NCBI GenBank assembly: GCA_002269645.1
Contig: NIVC01000051.1
Coordinates: 806,001 to 870,000 of the forward strand
DNA length: 64,000 nucleotides
Direction: 5' to 3'
Source: Macrostomum lignano
Lineage: Eukaryota
Part shown: piece after piece, positions 13,401-24,454 of the stretch
How positions within the stretch are numbered: the first letter of the stretch is position 1
How the letters are laid out: the number at the start of each line of letters is the position of its first letter
Notes under the pieces: model-generated
Seen by the model: the letters and a program-made list of their open reading frames with translations, nothing else
Told to the model about the DNA's origin: nothing
The model's database searches: none
Program-made: the position numbers and the translations under genes

Positions 13401-14072
13401 GACTGACACACAGTTATAAAGTTTGCCATTCAGTCATAACATATTCAGTCAAATTATCACTGACAGTCAAATTGTCACTGACAGTTAAATTGTCACTGAC
13501 AGTCAAATTGTCACTGACAGTTAAATTGTCACTGACAGTCAAATTGTCACTGACAGTCAAATTGTCACTGACAGTCAAATTGTCACTGACAGTCAAATTG
13601 TCACTGGCAGTCAAATTGTCACTGACAGTCAAATTGTCACTGACAGTTAAATTGTCACTGACAGTCAAATTGTCACTGGCAGTCAAATTGTCACTGACAG
13701 TTAAATTGTCACTGACAGTCAAATTGTCACTGACAGTCAAATTGTCACTGACAGTCAAATTGTCACTGACAGTCAAAATGTCACTGACTGTCAAACTGTC
13801 AGACAGTCCAAATTTTGTCAATTTTTGAAGACCTGGACACTAAATTTGTAACAGAGCAACTCACTCTTCAGCAGACACATGGGCTCTTTGATCCTGTCAT
13901 AGTATTCCTCTGCACCTGGCTCGCTGCTATCCACAGGATTGATGAACACATAGGCAAGGTGACGCAGCGAGGAGCCAAGAAAGTCTTGCAGAATTCTATA
14001 GGCTGATTGCAGTTCAGGACTCCAGGTGTGCAAAGGGGCACAGGTTGGCTTGTCACCAGTGCCACTCAGCAT
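4421..14072 (-). CDS. BRD10: BRD10/KIAA2026-like bromodomain protein, ~1342 aa; 9 exons: 14072-13865, 13368-13200, 12668-12116, 11953-11522, 10931-10005, 9902-9741, 8324-8157, 6741-6280, 5368-4421
   Basis: All introns are GT..AG and phases are consistent (1,2,0,0,0,0,0,0). The spliced product contains ELQSAYRILQDFL..EPMCLLKMKEKF..FVCDFRLMLFNCYVFNGVDS..EQKIGLLARDLRER, CSQFGDVVGHRNPLEIRMFHELSLFQRVHILKALID and EYREIRLG. These match KIAA2026 motifs as I recall them. The C-terminus is Q/S-rich. The start codon is the least certain part. Confidence 0.85.
5415..6180. repeat. AT-rich ~13-18-bp minisatellite (GTTTATGATGTGTTTCTA) in BRD10 intron 8
   Basis: Tandem units seen directly; explains ORF 5901..6128. 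Confidence 0.93.
6830..8050. repeat. ~20-bp minisatellite (ACATTCAAGTGCCATTATCC) in BRD10 intron 7
   Basis: Period 20 at 7021-7070; explains the overlapping HSSAI/FKCH ORFs. Confidence 0.96.
8358..9690. repeat. 28-bp minisatellite (TGGGATTTCCCTACTTAAACTCCCCCTC) in BRD10 intron 6
   Basis: Near-perfect 28-bp period from 8358 to ~9370, then degenerate units. Confidence 0.97.
11080..11480. repeat. ~39-42-bp minisatellite (CCCCACTCCGCCCAGCACTATCAATAAAATAAAACAGCCA) in BRD10 intron 4
   Basis: About 10 tandem units. Confidence 0.92.
12916..13175 (+). mobile_element. Degenerate hAT/Charlie-type MITE copy in BRD10 intron 2
   Basis: Starts CAGGGGTCGGCA and is colinear with the intact copy at 43020-43289 (aagcctct..atccggccc..gaaacttcacaa..gcaatccg..ctctcttctc..catgc..ctggccct). 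The right TIR is decayed. Confidence 0.75.
13430..13810. repeat. 18-bp minisatellite (GTCAAATTGTCACTGACA) in BRD10 intron 1, splitting the bromodomain coding sequence
   Basis: About 20 units; explains the VSDNLT/VKLSLT ORFs. Confidence 0.97.
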
Positions 14073-14182
14073 TATGCAGGTATTAATTCCAGTTAGCAAT
14101 TCATGCATTAAAATTCATGTAAAACTTTATTTGTTTTCATTAGTGACTATATTGTTAGAAATTATTTTGCATATATGCTATA

Positions 14183-14250
14183 TGATATATATATACATAT
14201 ATATACATATATACATATATACATATACATATATACATATATATATATGA
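14183..14250. repeat. (TA)n/(TATACA)n microsatellite
   Basis: Direct inspection. Confidence 0.9.
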
Positions 14251-15009
14251 TAAAAAAACACATAATTATGTTAAACATGCCAAATACAAGAATTTAAGAC
14301 AATAGAAAGAACATTGCTTTTAGGAGGCTAGGCCTACTATTAAATTACTATAAGCCTAACTTAATTAGAAAGCTATTTTAAACAAGATATAAAAATTAAT
14401 ATCTATAGCTGGGAGACTATTTTAATATTACTTAAATATTTATAAAAAAGTTATATTGTCTAATAATTGCAATATAGAAATATATTCAATATATTTCATT
14501 TTCAGTTAAAACAAATTAAATTGTACTAGATTATTTATAACTCTAATCTCCTATGAAGCAACCTTGCTATACCCAGTTATAATATGCCTTTTTTCCTTTA
14601 CTTGGTCATCTCCTTCTCACATTAAAAATCCTAGATCTATTACTAATACCTGTCTAAATGCTTCACTTGATTGGATATCTAAATAAATCAAAATTTAAAT
14701 ATGTTTATTCTAGGTAAATGTAAAGTCAGTTAATTAACTTCTTCCATGCCTTTATTTTGTGTGCACTGAGATAAACTCCGAATGGACAGCAGTGCTGACC
14801 ATAGACAAATGGGCCTAAATGAGTAGGTCTGCTACACTCCTCTAAAATCCAATAAAGAACTTACCTAACTATTCGGAGTATCTGTAGATAAAAGCTTCAC
14901 TGTATGTCTATAATTATCTATGGCCAGTCTCTTCCTTTTAAGATAAACAAGTCTGTACAGTACAGTAAGCATTTCTCTTTGATTTTTTTGCAACCAAACA
15001 AAGTGACTG

Positions 15010-16673
15010 ATGGATCAGCTGCTTACCAGCGACGAGTCTTTGAGTGACTTGGAAGATTCCTTATCAAGTGAAGAATTTCCTGACGAAGTACTCAAAGAGG
15101 CGGGCAAAACTGTTCAGAATGAGGCTTGGAAGGTAGTGGACAAACCCACCAATGAGAGAGCTAGACTGTTGCCGGAGTTTCTTGGTGTTCCCAGAGTGCA
15201 TCTGGAGCCAGGAGTTCAAGGCAATAGCCCGCTTGATTACTTTGGCCAGTTTCTAACTGATGAGGCAATCAACCTATTGGTTGAGTTTACCAATGCTCAA
15301 GCATAGAAGGAGCTGAGAATACTTGAAGAAGATCAGGAAGAAGGAAATCAGTGATTGCCTCCAGTTCTTTTTGACTGGAAGGACTGCTCTGCCAACGAGA
15401 TAAAGAAAGTTATAGCCATCATTTCCTACATGGGAATAGTGAAAAAGCCCAAAATCCAGAGCTATTGGGTTATTAGCAAGTTTCACGACAATCAATTTTT
15501 TCAAAGTGAGAACTGCTTATCTCGCAATCGTTTCTAGCAGATTCTGTCATTTTTTGGTTTTATGATTGCTGCACAACTGATGCAGCTGACCCATTGTGCA
15601 AAATCTGGCTATTTTTGAGTTATGTACAGCAGATCTGCCAAAGAAAGTTTATGCTTAATAAAGACCTGGCTATGGATGAAGAGCTAGTCCAGCACAAAGG
15701 CAGACTGGCTTTCAAGCAATATATCTCAACCAAACGGGCCAGGTATGGCATAAAAACCTACTGCTTATGCGATTCAAAGACTGGCTACCTTTCAAATATT
15801 CTGGTGCATTCAAAAACAGGCAAAAACAACAAATTTGGGACCGAAATGGCTGCAAACCATCTCTCCATCAGCAGGCAAATTGTGGTTGAGTTGTCAAAGA
15901 ACTTGTTCAAACTCAGCTACTGAATTTTTATTGACAGCTATTTTTGCTCACACCACCTTGCAAAGTTTCTGCTGGGGCACAACACCTTGGTGACTGGCAC
16001 AATTTGCTGCAATTGTGGAATTCCACCTGAGCTCCAGCAGATACGGATGCCAGCTCCATCGCATGGCTGCATGCGATTTGGCAATGTACTGGCTATCAAG
16101 GTTACAGACTGCAAAGCCAGTGGTGTGAAGATGCTGTACCTCATCGACTCATTTGGTACAGCAGGCAGTGTCCAGCGACAGAGAATTTGTCGAGGTGGTC
16201 AGGTTAACGTCGTCAGCAAGCCAGTCTCCATCTTGGACTATTCAAAGTGTATGGGAGGTGTCGATAGACTGGACTCTGCACTTCAGCCCTACCATCCAAA
16301 CAGGAAAATGTACTGCTGGCATCAGAATCTGGGCATCTACTTTTTGCTACAGCTGGCACAAAACTCCTGGATTGTGTACCACCTATCCAGAAGATCGAAG
16401 AAGTTTTTACCATTCATGGAGAATTTGGTCATCTTGCTGATTGACAGCTCAGGACCTGGGAAAAAGTGCTGCGTTTGCCTAGTGCCCGATGTTGATGGAG
16501 CTGTGCACCTGCCTGGCAAGCTGCTTGCAACGCCTGAAAACCAGCGGCCCACGTGGCATTGCCGAGTCTGCTACCGGAATGGCAGGACTAAGGGGACAGT
16601 CTTCGTGCGTGAGCAATGCCAAGGTGAGCCCGGACTGTGTATTCTTGGTTGCTTCCAAGAATGGCACAGCTAA
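15010..16673 (+). pseudogene. piggyBac (PGBD4-like) transposase fossil with stops and frameshifts
   Basis: FLTDEAINLLVEFTN, LSRNRF*QI, MDEELVQHKGRLAFKQYI..KRARYGIK..LCDSKTGY, FIDSYF, YSKCMGGVDRLD (the three catalytic Asp motifs), and a C-terminal Cys-rich CRVC..CQGEPGLCILGCFQEWH. Broken over at least 4 ORFs. No TTAA-bounded TIRs recognised. Confidence 0.9.
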
Positions 16674-18071
16674 GCAATTCAATGATCTGCAGCACAGATG
16701 ACTTTTTCGAACTGGGTTTTTATGTTTTTTTATAATTGGTAGAATTGATTGGTAGGGTTCTATTTTAGTATGTTGAAAAATAGTCTATATGCAACATTAT
16801 GTTTATGAGCTTATCAGAATTCTCTTGGAAAGCCATATTAAATGAGATAAGTGCCCAATAGACCCTAGCAACATAAAACTTTGCATGTCCATGTGACTCA
16901 GCTATGCAACTTACATTTTAGTCTGAATAGAAAACTATAATTTTTGTACCTTGTCTATGCAGCAATTTATCCCAAAATGTTTTGTTAAAAACTATTTTAG
17001 CCTTTGTGTTTGATGCTTCCAGGATATAATTTTGTAGCTGTGTCATGGTTTATTAACCAAAGTTTAATATATATTCCTACTTTGAATGGCCTTTTTATAT
17101 GTGCTCATACTATAACAACCATAAAAGCTATCCCCATTTGAAATTCAGACTGTAAATTATACACAAATAATGGCTCCATGCGTAATTATTGTTCAAAAGG
17201 AAATTTATATATAAAGTGAATTTTAGCCGCATTGTTTTTTATTTAGATGTAAGGATAACTCTGGTTATTATAAAAATATTCATGCCTGTTTTGAGATTGA
17301 GACTCAAATAAAATGTTCTACAATTTTTCTGTTGATGCCATTCACTCTAAACTTTTTGGTCAGCCACGCTGTTCATTTGGATTTTCAGGCAGTGTTGCAA
17401 GTGCAGGCCAAGGCAAAAAGAAAAGGTAAAGTATAGCTACAATACTTATAATGCTATTTTTAATAAGATATTTTCAGTTATGCAAAGAGTTATTGCATGA
17501 TGTCTCTTTTTGAGTATGTATTGATAATTTTGAAATATATTCTTTGAAATATTATGCTCAATTTAAAAACATTAAAGAGTTTTGTGACATAGTAATTGTT
17601 AATGAATCAGAAGGCAGCAGTAGTTTGCAATTGAATATGATTGTGATTGGCTAGCTGTTGTAAGCATTGTCATGATCTCTGACCCCATCCCCACTTCTAT
17701 CCAATGATAATAATGCATTTGCTTTCCTGTTGCAAAGTTTATTCATAATAAACAAAAAGTTATTATATAAGTTTAGTTGACATTTGGTAGGGTCTATTGG
17801 GTTCATACATGCCCAACCTCAAAATTTCACCCATCTAGTGCAACTTAGTTTTGTCCAGATTTGCAACTTAGTTCTTCTTGATTGCAATTTAATTTTTACT
17901 TTGTGTATGACTTTTCTTGCCTGTTTCTTTTTTCCTTTTTTTCTTTCTCTCTTCTCTTTCTTTTCTTTCTCTTTTCCCTTCTTTTTTCTTTTTTTTATTC
18001 CTTTTCTCCAATTTTTCATTTTTTTCATTTTTAATTTTGTGACTTACCTTGGCCAATGGCCATTTTACCTA

Positions 18072-19811
18072 CGAGGGATGTTCCATAAGTACTTATACTT
18101 TTGCATGCTGCTCAGGAACTACGCAACCAATCATTGTAAGTTTTATGTCGCTGGAAAGCGGCTTTACTCATCTTTAATCTGTCGCCAAAATCATTTCGTT
18201 CTGTCAACTATGTCAAAAGTTACAACAAAAAACGTAGTCAAAGGTCACCCATAGACTTACAAGAAATTTTCAAAATCAAAACTTCAAAGTTCAGCATGCA
18301 GAGTTATTTCGGATTCTACATAATGCATTCTTTTTTGCTTCATAAGCGAATGCCACACCCTTTTCGTCTATGGAAAATACTGGCCTAAGCTTTCATAGCA
18401 TCTTAATCTTAAGATCACAGCATCTTAATCTTGTAAAGTTTCACCACCTTGGCTGCTGCTGCATCACCATGGATGTGAACTCAAGGGAAGGACAGCGCGC
18501 TGCAATTTTTACCCTCTGGAAACTCGGAAAAAAGCGATCAGAGATTTATGCGGATTTATGCAACATTCATGGAGCTAATGCAGTGAGCAGGATGACCGTC
18601 TACAACTGGGTTGAGCAGTTCGAAGCAGGAAGGACCAATGTTGCTGATTTGCCGAGGTCGGGCCGCCCCTGCACATCAGGCTCTGATGCTCTCACCGATC
18701 GAATTCTTGATCTGCTGGACGAAGATTGTCGGCTAACGATTCGACAGATTGCAGATAGACTGGACACGCCGAGCACAACTGTGCATCGCTGCATGGACTT
18801 TGTCAAGCTGACTGCTCGTTGGGTGCCACGCCTACTCACCTCGGACTTGAGACTGCAGAGGCAGCAGATTTGTCAGGCCAATATTTGGATGATGGAAGAA
18901 TACGGTGGTTGGGATCTCTTCCATCGAATGATAGTCACTGGAGATGAAACCTGGATTCCCCATTTTGATCCACCAACGAAACGTGATTCCCAGGTCTGGA
19001 TGCTGAAGGGCTCTGATCCTCCGGTAAAAGCTCAAAGGGACGCACATGGAAAGAAGATCATGCTGTCTCTGTTTTTCGACTGCAATGGTCCTCTAACTGT
19101 CGAGTTTTTGGAGCCAAACACTACAATAAACTCTGAGCGCTACGTTGAAACGCTAACAAAGCTGCATCATGACATCCAGAACAAGCGTCGTGAAAATCCC
19201 AGACCTTTCATTCTTCATCATGACAATGCAAGGCCTCATACAGCACAAAAGACAGTCGAGGCAATCAGCAAGCTGAATCTTCTACCTCACCCTCCTTACT
19301 CTCCAGACCTGGCACCAGCAGACTTTGCTTTATTTCCAGAGTTGAAGCGCCATCTGAAAGGACGCGTGTACGAGACCAGGAACCAGATCGAGGAGGAAGT
19401 CCGCAGAATTCTGCTGTATGTCATCCCCCGACAGCTGTACGCAGAAGCCATCAAAAGCATGTTTAACAGGTGGACCAAGTGCATCAACTCCGGTGGAAAC
19501 TACGTTGAGAAGGTGTCGGTACCGACTGAGGATGAGTGACAAAGAAGTCAAACTTTCTGTCATCAACAACGCGCCTCTGTTTTCATGCTTGCCATTGTAG
19601 TTGTTGCTCTTTAAATTTTTTTGTAAGTCTATGGGTGACCTTTGACTACGTTTTTTGTTGTAACTTTTGACATAGTTGACAGAACGAAATGATTTTGGCG
19701 ACAGATTAAAGATGAGTAAAGCCGCTTTCCAGCGACATAAAACTTACAATGATTGGTTGCGTAGTTCCTGAGCAGCATGCAAAAGTATAAGTACTTATGG
19801 AACATCCCTCG
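18072..19811 (+). mobile_element. Tc1/mariner DNA transposon, 1740 bp, 191-bp TIRs, TA target duplication
   Basis: TA|CGAGGGATGTTCC..GACTTACAA (18072-18262) is the reverse complement of 19621-19811. TA flanks both ends (18070-71, 19812-13). Confidence 0.97.
18469..19539 (+). CDS. Mariner transposase, 356 aa, uninterrupted frame
   Basis: HTH region (VYNWVEQFEAGR..DLPRSGRP), ARWVPRLLT, IVTGDETW, HHDNARPH and HPPYSPDLAPADF. ATG 18469 matches typical mariner length; the track starts at an upstream ATG (18370). Confidence 0.95.
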   Translation: MDVNSREGQRAAIFTLWKLGKKRSEIYADLCNIHGANAVSRMTVYNWVEQFEAGRTNVADLPRSGRPCTSGSDALTDRILDLLDEDCRLTIRQIADRLDTPSTTVHRCMDFVKLTARWVPRLLTSDLRLQRQQICQANIWMMEEYGGWDLFHRMIVTGDETWIPHFDPPTKRDSQVWMLKGSDPPVKAQRDAHGKKIMLSLFFDCNGPLTVEFLEPNTTINSERYVETLTKLHHDIQNKRRENPRPFILHHDNARPHTAQKTVEAISKLNLLPHPPYSPDLAPADFALFPELKRHLKGRVYETRNQIEEEVRRILLYVIPRQLYAEAIKSMFNRWTKCINSGGNYVEKVSVPTEDE

Positions 19812-20507
19812 TATCTGCATACATGCGCAACTGCTGGCCGACCTGGCCGATCTGGCCACCGTAAATTGTGGTGGACCAGGGGTAAGTTGCAAAAATGCCA
19901 CCCCAAAGAATACGGACGTAGTACTAATTAGATGCCGAGGCATTTAGGCCTGATAAGACAGTCATAGTTACTTTTGCCGTTTACCCAAATAAGCGTTAAT
20001 TTTGCTTTAGGGTTTCTTTCACAGGTAAGTCGCATTTTTGGTCAAAAAGTAAGTCGCATGGCCAGTGTAAATCAGGGGGGTTGCGCATGTATGCCTATCT
20101 GGTTTAGACAGGTTAGACGGGTATTGGGCATGTATGATTGGTTAAATAATATTTTCAGATAAGCTTACATTTAAAAAAATGATTTTGTCATCTTTATTTT
20201 TGAGATATACAATCCAGATATTTCTTTTTAATATTATATATTGTAGCAGCACCAAAGCATTCATCATTTATTCTAATTATTTCTTATTCTATATTCCAAT
20301 TGCTTTAGTTAACCCATAGACACTTCTGTACTATTCGTTCGCCCCAGCGCTAAATAGCCCCCAACGCAATGACAAAATATACTTTAAACCTCCTGCTTTT
20401 GCTAGCTATCTTTGAAGTGCCACTTACACTCGTAAGCTTGTAGCGGTAACCTAACGCTACAAATTGGTAGCAGAGCGTGCAATCCCAACACTCGACGACT
20501 ACGACAA

Positions 20508-21356
20508 ATGGAAGACACCCAACGTCAACAACCTCCATCAGACACTCCACCTGCGGCAGCTTCTTCGGAGAACACCATACCGGAACCGGTAGCGTCGGTA
20601 CAACGCGCCACAATTAGACCACCGCCATTCTACCGTCAAGCACCCGAGATTTGGTTCTGCCAACTTGAATCACAATTTACCCTGGCTGGAATCAGCTCCG
20701 CCAGCACCAAATTCCACTACGCACTGGCCGCTCTCCCGGAGGATGTTGCCTGCTACATCGACATAGACATTGTCGAATACAACCGACTCAAAACAGCTGT
20801 TCTAGACTCACTGCGCGCCAACCGCCACCAGCGTATCGAGGAAGCCCTTGCAGCAGTAGAACTCGGCGACAAACGCCCTTCGCAATTGGTAACTGACATT
20901 AAGCGCCGCTTCATCGAAGTGGGTTTAGCAGCCGACGAGTCTATCATCAAGTCACGCCTGCTCACGGCGCTCCCAACGCACATCCGTTCAGCGTTGGTCG
21001 GTCATGAAAACTCTCCGCTAGAAGACTTCGCCAAAATCGCCGACAGCATGTTAGCCGTCGTGGGCAGCCGAACTCCGTTTTTACCCATTCAGCGCACGTC
21101 CGAAGCCAGGGATTCGAGACCGCACGGCGCGTTCAAGCCTAGGCAGGCATACGAAGGAGATCACTGGCAACAGCGATCCTATCGTAAGAGACCTAAGATC
21201 TGTAATGGCCATCTATTCTACGCTTCACAAGCCCGTACATGCCGACCTTGGTGCAAATGGCCCGGTCCCAAACCCACAACGATGCTCAGCAGCCGCCAGA
21301 CCACACCAGATCACTCGCGTGCAAACAGCCCAACTCTAGAAAGTGCTTCAAACTAG
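20508..21356 (+). CDS. Gag of the Gypsy element
   Basis: PPFY..PEIWFCQLESQF..KFHYALAAL and a C-X2-H-X9-C-X3-C (CHCC) knuckle, CNGHLFYASQARTCRPWC. Confidence 0.9.
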   Translation: MEDTQRQQPPSDTPPAAASSENTIPEPVASVQRATIRPPPFYRQAPEIWFCQLESQFTLAGISSASTKFHYALAALPEDVACYIDIDIVEYNRLKTAVLDSLRANRHQRIEEALAAVELGDKRPSQLVTDIKRRFIEVGLAADESIIKSRLLTALPTHIRSALVGHENSPLEDFAKIADSMLAVVGSRTPFLPIQRTSEARDSRPHGAFKPRQAYEGDHWQQRSYRKRPKICNGHLFYASQARTCRPWCKWPGPKPTTMLSSRQTTPDHSRANSPTLESASN

Positions 21357-24300
21357 TCGGTCACGTGCCCTGGCCGACCCGTGACCAGAGCAAGGCCACT
21401 ACTTTGTTACTCCGTTGCAACGTTCTTCGCACCATGGTTTCATTTATTGTTGACACTGGAGCCAAACGATCACTCCTGCCTTTACAGTACGTCCCTCAAA
21501 ATCTGCTTACTCCGACACCCGTGAAGTTGCGCAGCATTGGTGGACATGAGATCCGTACCTTTGGACAATGCTGCCTGACTCTCTCTATTCCGGGGCTCCG
21601 GCAACCATACCCAGCAACATTCATCGTCACTAATACGGCACCGATTCTCGGAGCGGATTTCTTCGTAAAGTTCGGTTTGATCATCGACCTTAAGTCGAGA
21701 CGCATCATAGACCCAGTAACGGAATTATCCACAGCCCTGAACTGCTCTTCCGATCCAGTTCCACAAATCAACGTGACAACGGAAATGGAACCATCAAACC
21801 CGCTCACCCAGTTTCCACACGTACTAGAGGCGCCCGACTACACGACCCCATCCGCAACAGGCGTCCGACATCCGATCGAAACGGAAGGCGAGCCGATCTT
21901 CTGCCGACCACGACCACTGTCACCGGAAAAGTTCACTGTTGCAAAGGAAGAGTTTGACAAGCTGCTTCGACTCGGAATCGTCTAACCATCTTCCAGCCTG
22001 TGGGCATCGCCCCTTCATATGGTGAGAAAAAAAGACGGGTCTTGGCGCCCTTGTGGTGACTATCGAGCTTTGAACGCCGTGACCAAGCCCAATCGATACC
22101 CCATACCGAACATTAACCACTTCCACAATCAGCTGCATGGGTCGAAAGTATTCAGCACCCTTGACCTCGTCAAGGCCTATCACTTTGTCCCCATGGCTAA
22201 AGACGCGATAGAAAAGACCGCAATCTGCACCCCTTTTGGATCTTTCGAATACCTTCAAATGCCCTTCGGACTGCGCAACGCAGCTAGCACGTTCCAGAGG
22301 TTCGTCAATGCAATCTTTCGAGATTTCCCCTTTGTTGTTTCATACATCGATGACATCCTAGTGCACAGCACTTCTCAACAAGAACACGAGCAACATCTGC
22401 AAGCCATCCTTCAGCATCTAACGGACAAAGGTCTGAGGGTTAATGCAGCAAAGTGTCAGTTCTTCCGAGACTCAGTGGAATTTCTGGGATACCTTGTATC
22501 AGCCGAGGGAATCAAGCCACTTCCCACTCAAGTGGAGGCCCTTCGCAAACTGCAGGCCCCGACCGATCAAAAGACGCTCCAGCGCTATCTGGGAATGTTT
22601 GGTTTCTACCAACGTTGCATCCCCACATACGCCCAAGTAGTACAGCCTCTTCGCCAACTCGTCAGTTCGAGTCAGTTCGTCTGGACGAACCAGCATGACG
22701 AAGCTTGGAAACTGCTTCAAAACAGCCTGGCTGAGGCCGTAACGTTAGCATTCCCCGAACCTAGCGCAACGCTCACTATCACTACGGACGCAAGCTCAAC
22801 AGCCTTAGGCGCAGCCCTACATCAAGTGGTAGACAACAAGTCTGCACCCCTAGCTTTTTACTCGCGCAAACTGTTGGATACCGAGAGAGCCTACAGCACG
22901 TTCAACAGAGAACTACTGGCTATTTTCGCCACCGTCAAAACCTGGAAGCACATGGTCCAAGGTCGCCTTGTCACGGTGTTCTGTGACCACAAGCCAATTG
23001 TGGGAGCTTTCAAGAATCGAAAAAAGCGTTTCTCAGACCACCAACAGCGCCAACTTTCAGCGATAACTGAGTGTGTTCTCGACATTGTATACATCGCCGG
23101 TAAAGACAACGTAGTAGCCGACGCACTGTCTCGTCCAGAACCATCCTCAGTTACCCAGACCAACAACGTGCGACTCTTAGAAGATGTCCCAACAGCCGTG
23201 GACCTTCCGGCTATTGCAAGAGCTCAGAAAGATCTAACGCCTGAGGACACTCCGGCCGGCCAGTTCAAGCACTTTGACATCGGAATCCCAGAGTGCCCGC
23301 TTCGCTGCGAGACTTCACAAGCCAACCCACGCCCTGAAGTACCAGGACCGCTTCGCTGAAAAGTGTTTGATTCGCTACACACTTTGGCGCACCCGGGAGT
23401 AAAAGCGACACAGAGGCTTGTCGGATACCGTTTTTTCTGGCCTAATATGTTCGCCGACATCAAGAAGTGGGTCACTGAATGTGAGCGCTGCCAGCAATGC
23501 AAAGTTAGCAAGCATATTCACCGGCCGCTCCACCAGTTACCAGTACCATCGCAACGATTCACGACGGTGCACATCGACCTAGTCGGACCATTGACGCCGC
23601 CCGAATCCGATGCGGTTGGACCAAAACCCCGATACCTGCTGACCATGGTGGATTCATACACACGCTGGATCGAGGCTACTCCCGTCATGGACACCACGGC
23701 TGAGACCGTCGCGCGGACTTTCCTAGCATCCTGGATTGCCCGCTTTGGACCACCGCTTACATTGATTAGCGACCAAGGGACGCAGTTCCGAGCCGAGCTC
23801 ATGCAAAACCTGACGCAGCACCTAAGGATTCACTATATCCGAACTTCTTCATACAATCCGCGAGCCAACGGCATCGTCGAACGCACTCATAGAACGTTGA
23901 AGACGGGCCTAAAAGCACGCGGAAAATACTGGTTGAGCCAACTGCCTCTCGTTCTTCTTGGAATGCGTATCTTTGCGGACCAAACCGGATCATCACCTTT
24001 CTTACTTGTTACTGGAGAGCAACCCATGGTTCCGCAAGTAGTGGCCGACACTTCGACTCTGACAGAGCTATCGACCAAGCTCCACCAAATGTTTTTCCCC
24101 TACCGCCTACCGCGAACTCGTCCGGTCCCCACCCATATGCCGACCGCGCTGGACTCCTGCACACACGTGTGGCTACGGTTAGATCGCGTGAGGCGTCCGC
24201 TTGAAGCACCTTATCAAGGCCCGTTCGCTGTTCTTAGCAGACATGAAACAACAATGATGCTAGAGATCAACGGCCGGCCCACCACAGTGTCAATCGACCG

Positions 24301-24454
24301 ACTTAAACCAGCTACGCTACCGCCGCCGCCACCAGAGACCCTTCCAGAGCCTACTGCTCCGCCTAATGATTCACCAGCCGCCAATACTTGTTCAAGAAGT
24401 TCTCGCCATGTTCGATTTGCCTCTCAGCCATCGATAAAATACTTTACACCTTGA
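21239..24454 (+). pseudogene. Pol (PR-RT-RNaseH-INT) of the Gypsy element, in the -1 frame to gag, with two in-frame stops (TAA 21983-85, TGA 23357-59)
   Basis: IVDTGA (protease), MPFGLRNA and YIDD (RT), TTDASS..ELLAIF..DHKP..NVVADALSR (RNaseH), HHCC, D..D..E and PYQGPF (integrase). ORFs 21239, 22019 and 23363 share one frame. Confidence 0.95.

Larger units (their letters stand above)
17803..20137. mobile_element. Putative non-autonomous foldback/MITE host element interrupted by the mariner
   Basis: Inverted pair TCATACATGCCCAA (17803-17816 / 20124-20137). Inner related pair GCATACATGCGCAAC (19816-19830 / 20080-20094). Subterminal GCAACTTA/GTGACTTAC motifs on the left are mirrored by GTAAGTTGC/GTAAGTCGC on the right. 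No clean TSD. Confidence 0.5.

Noticed and set aside
13414-13828. VSDNLT/VKLSLT repeat proteins (antifreeze- or solenoid-like)
   Set aside because: The 18-bp repeat lies in a GT..AG intron whose removal restores the bromodomain (LLK M KEKF).
17784-18254. Hydrophobic/Lys-rich ORFs, and the matching peptide in ORF 19629..19943
   Set aside because: They come from a T-rich low-complexity tract and from reading through the two mariner TIRs.
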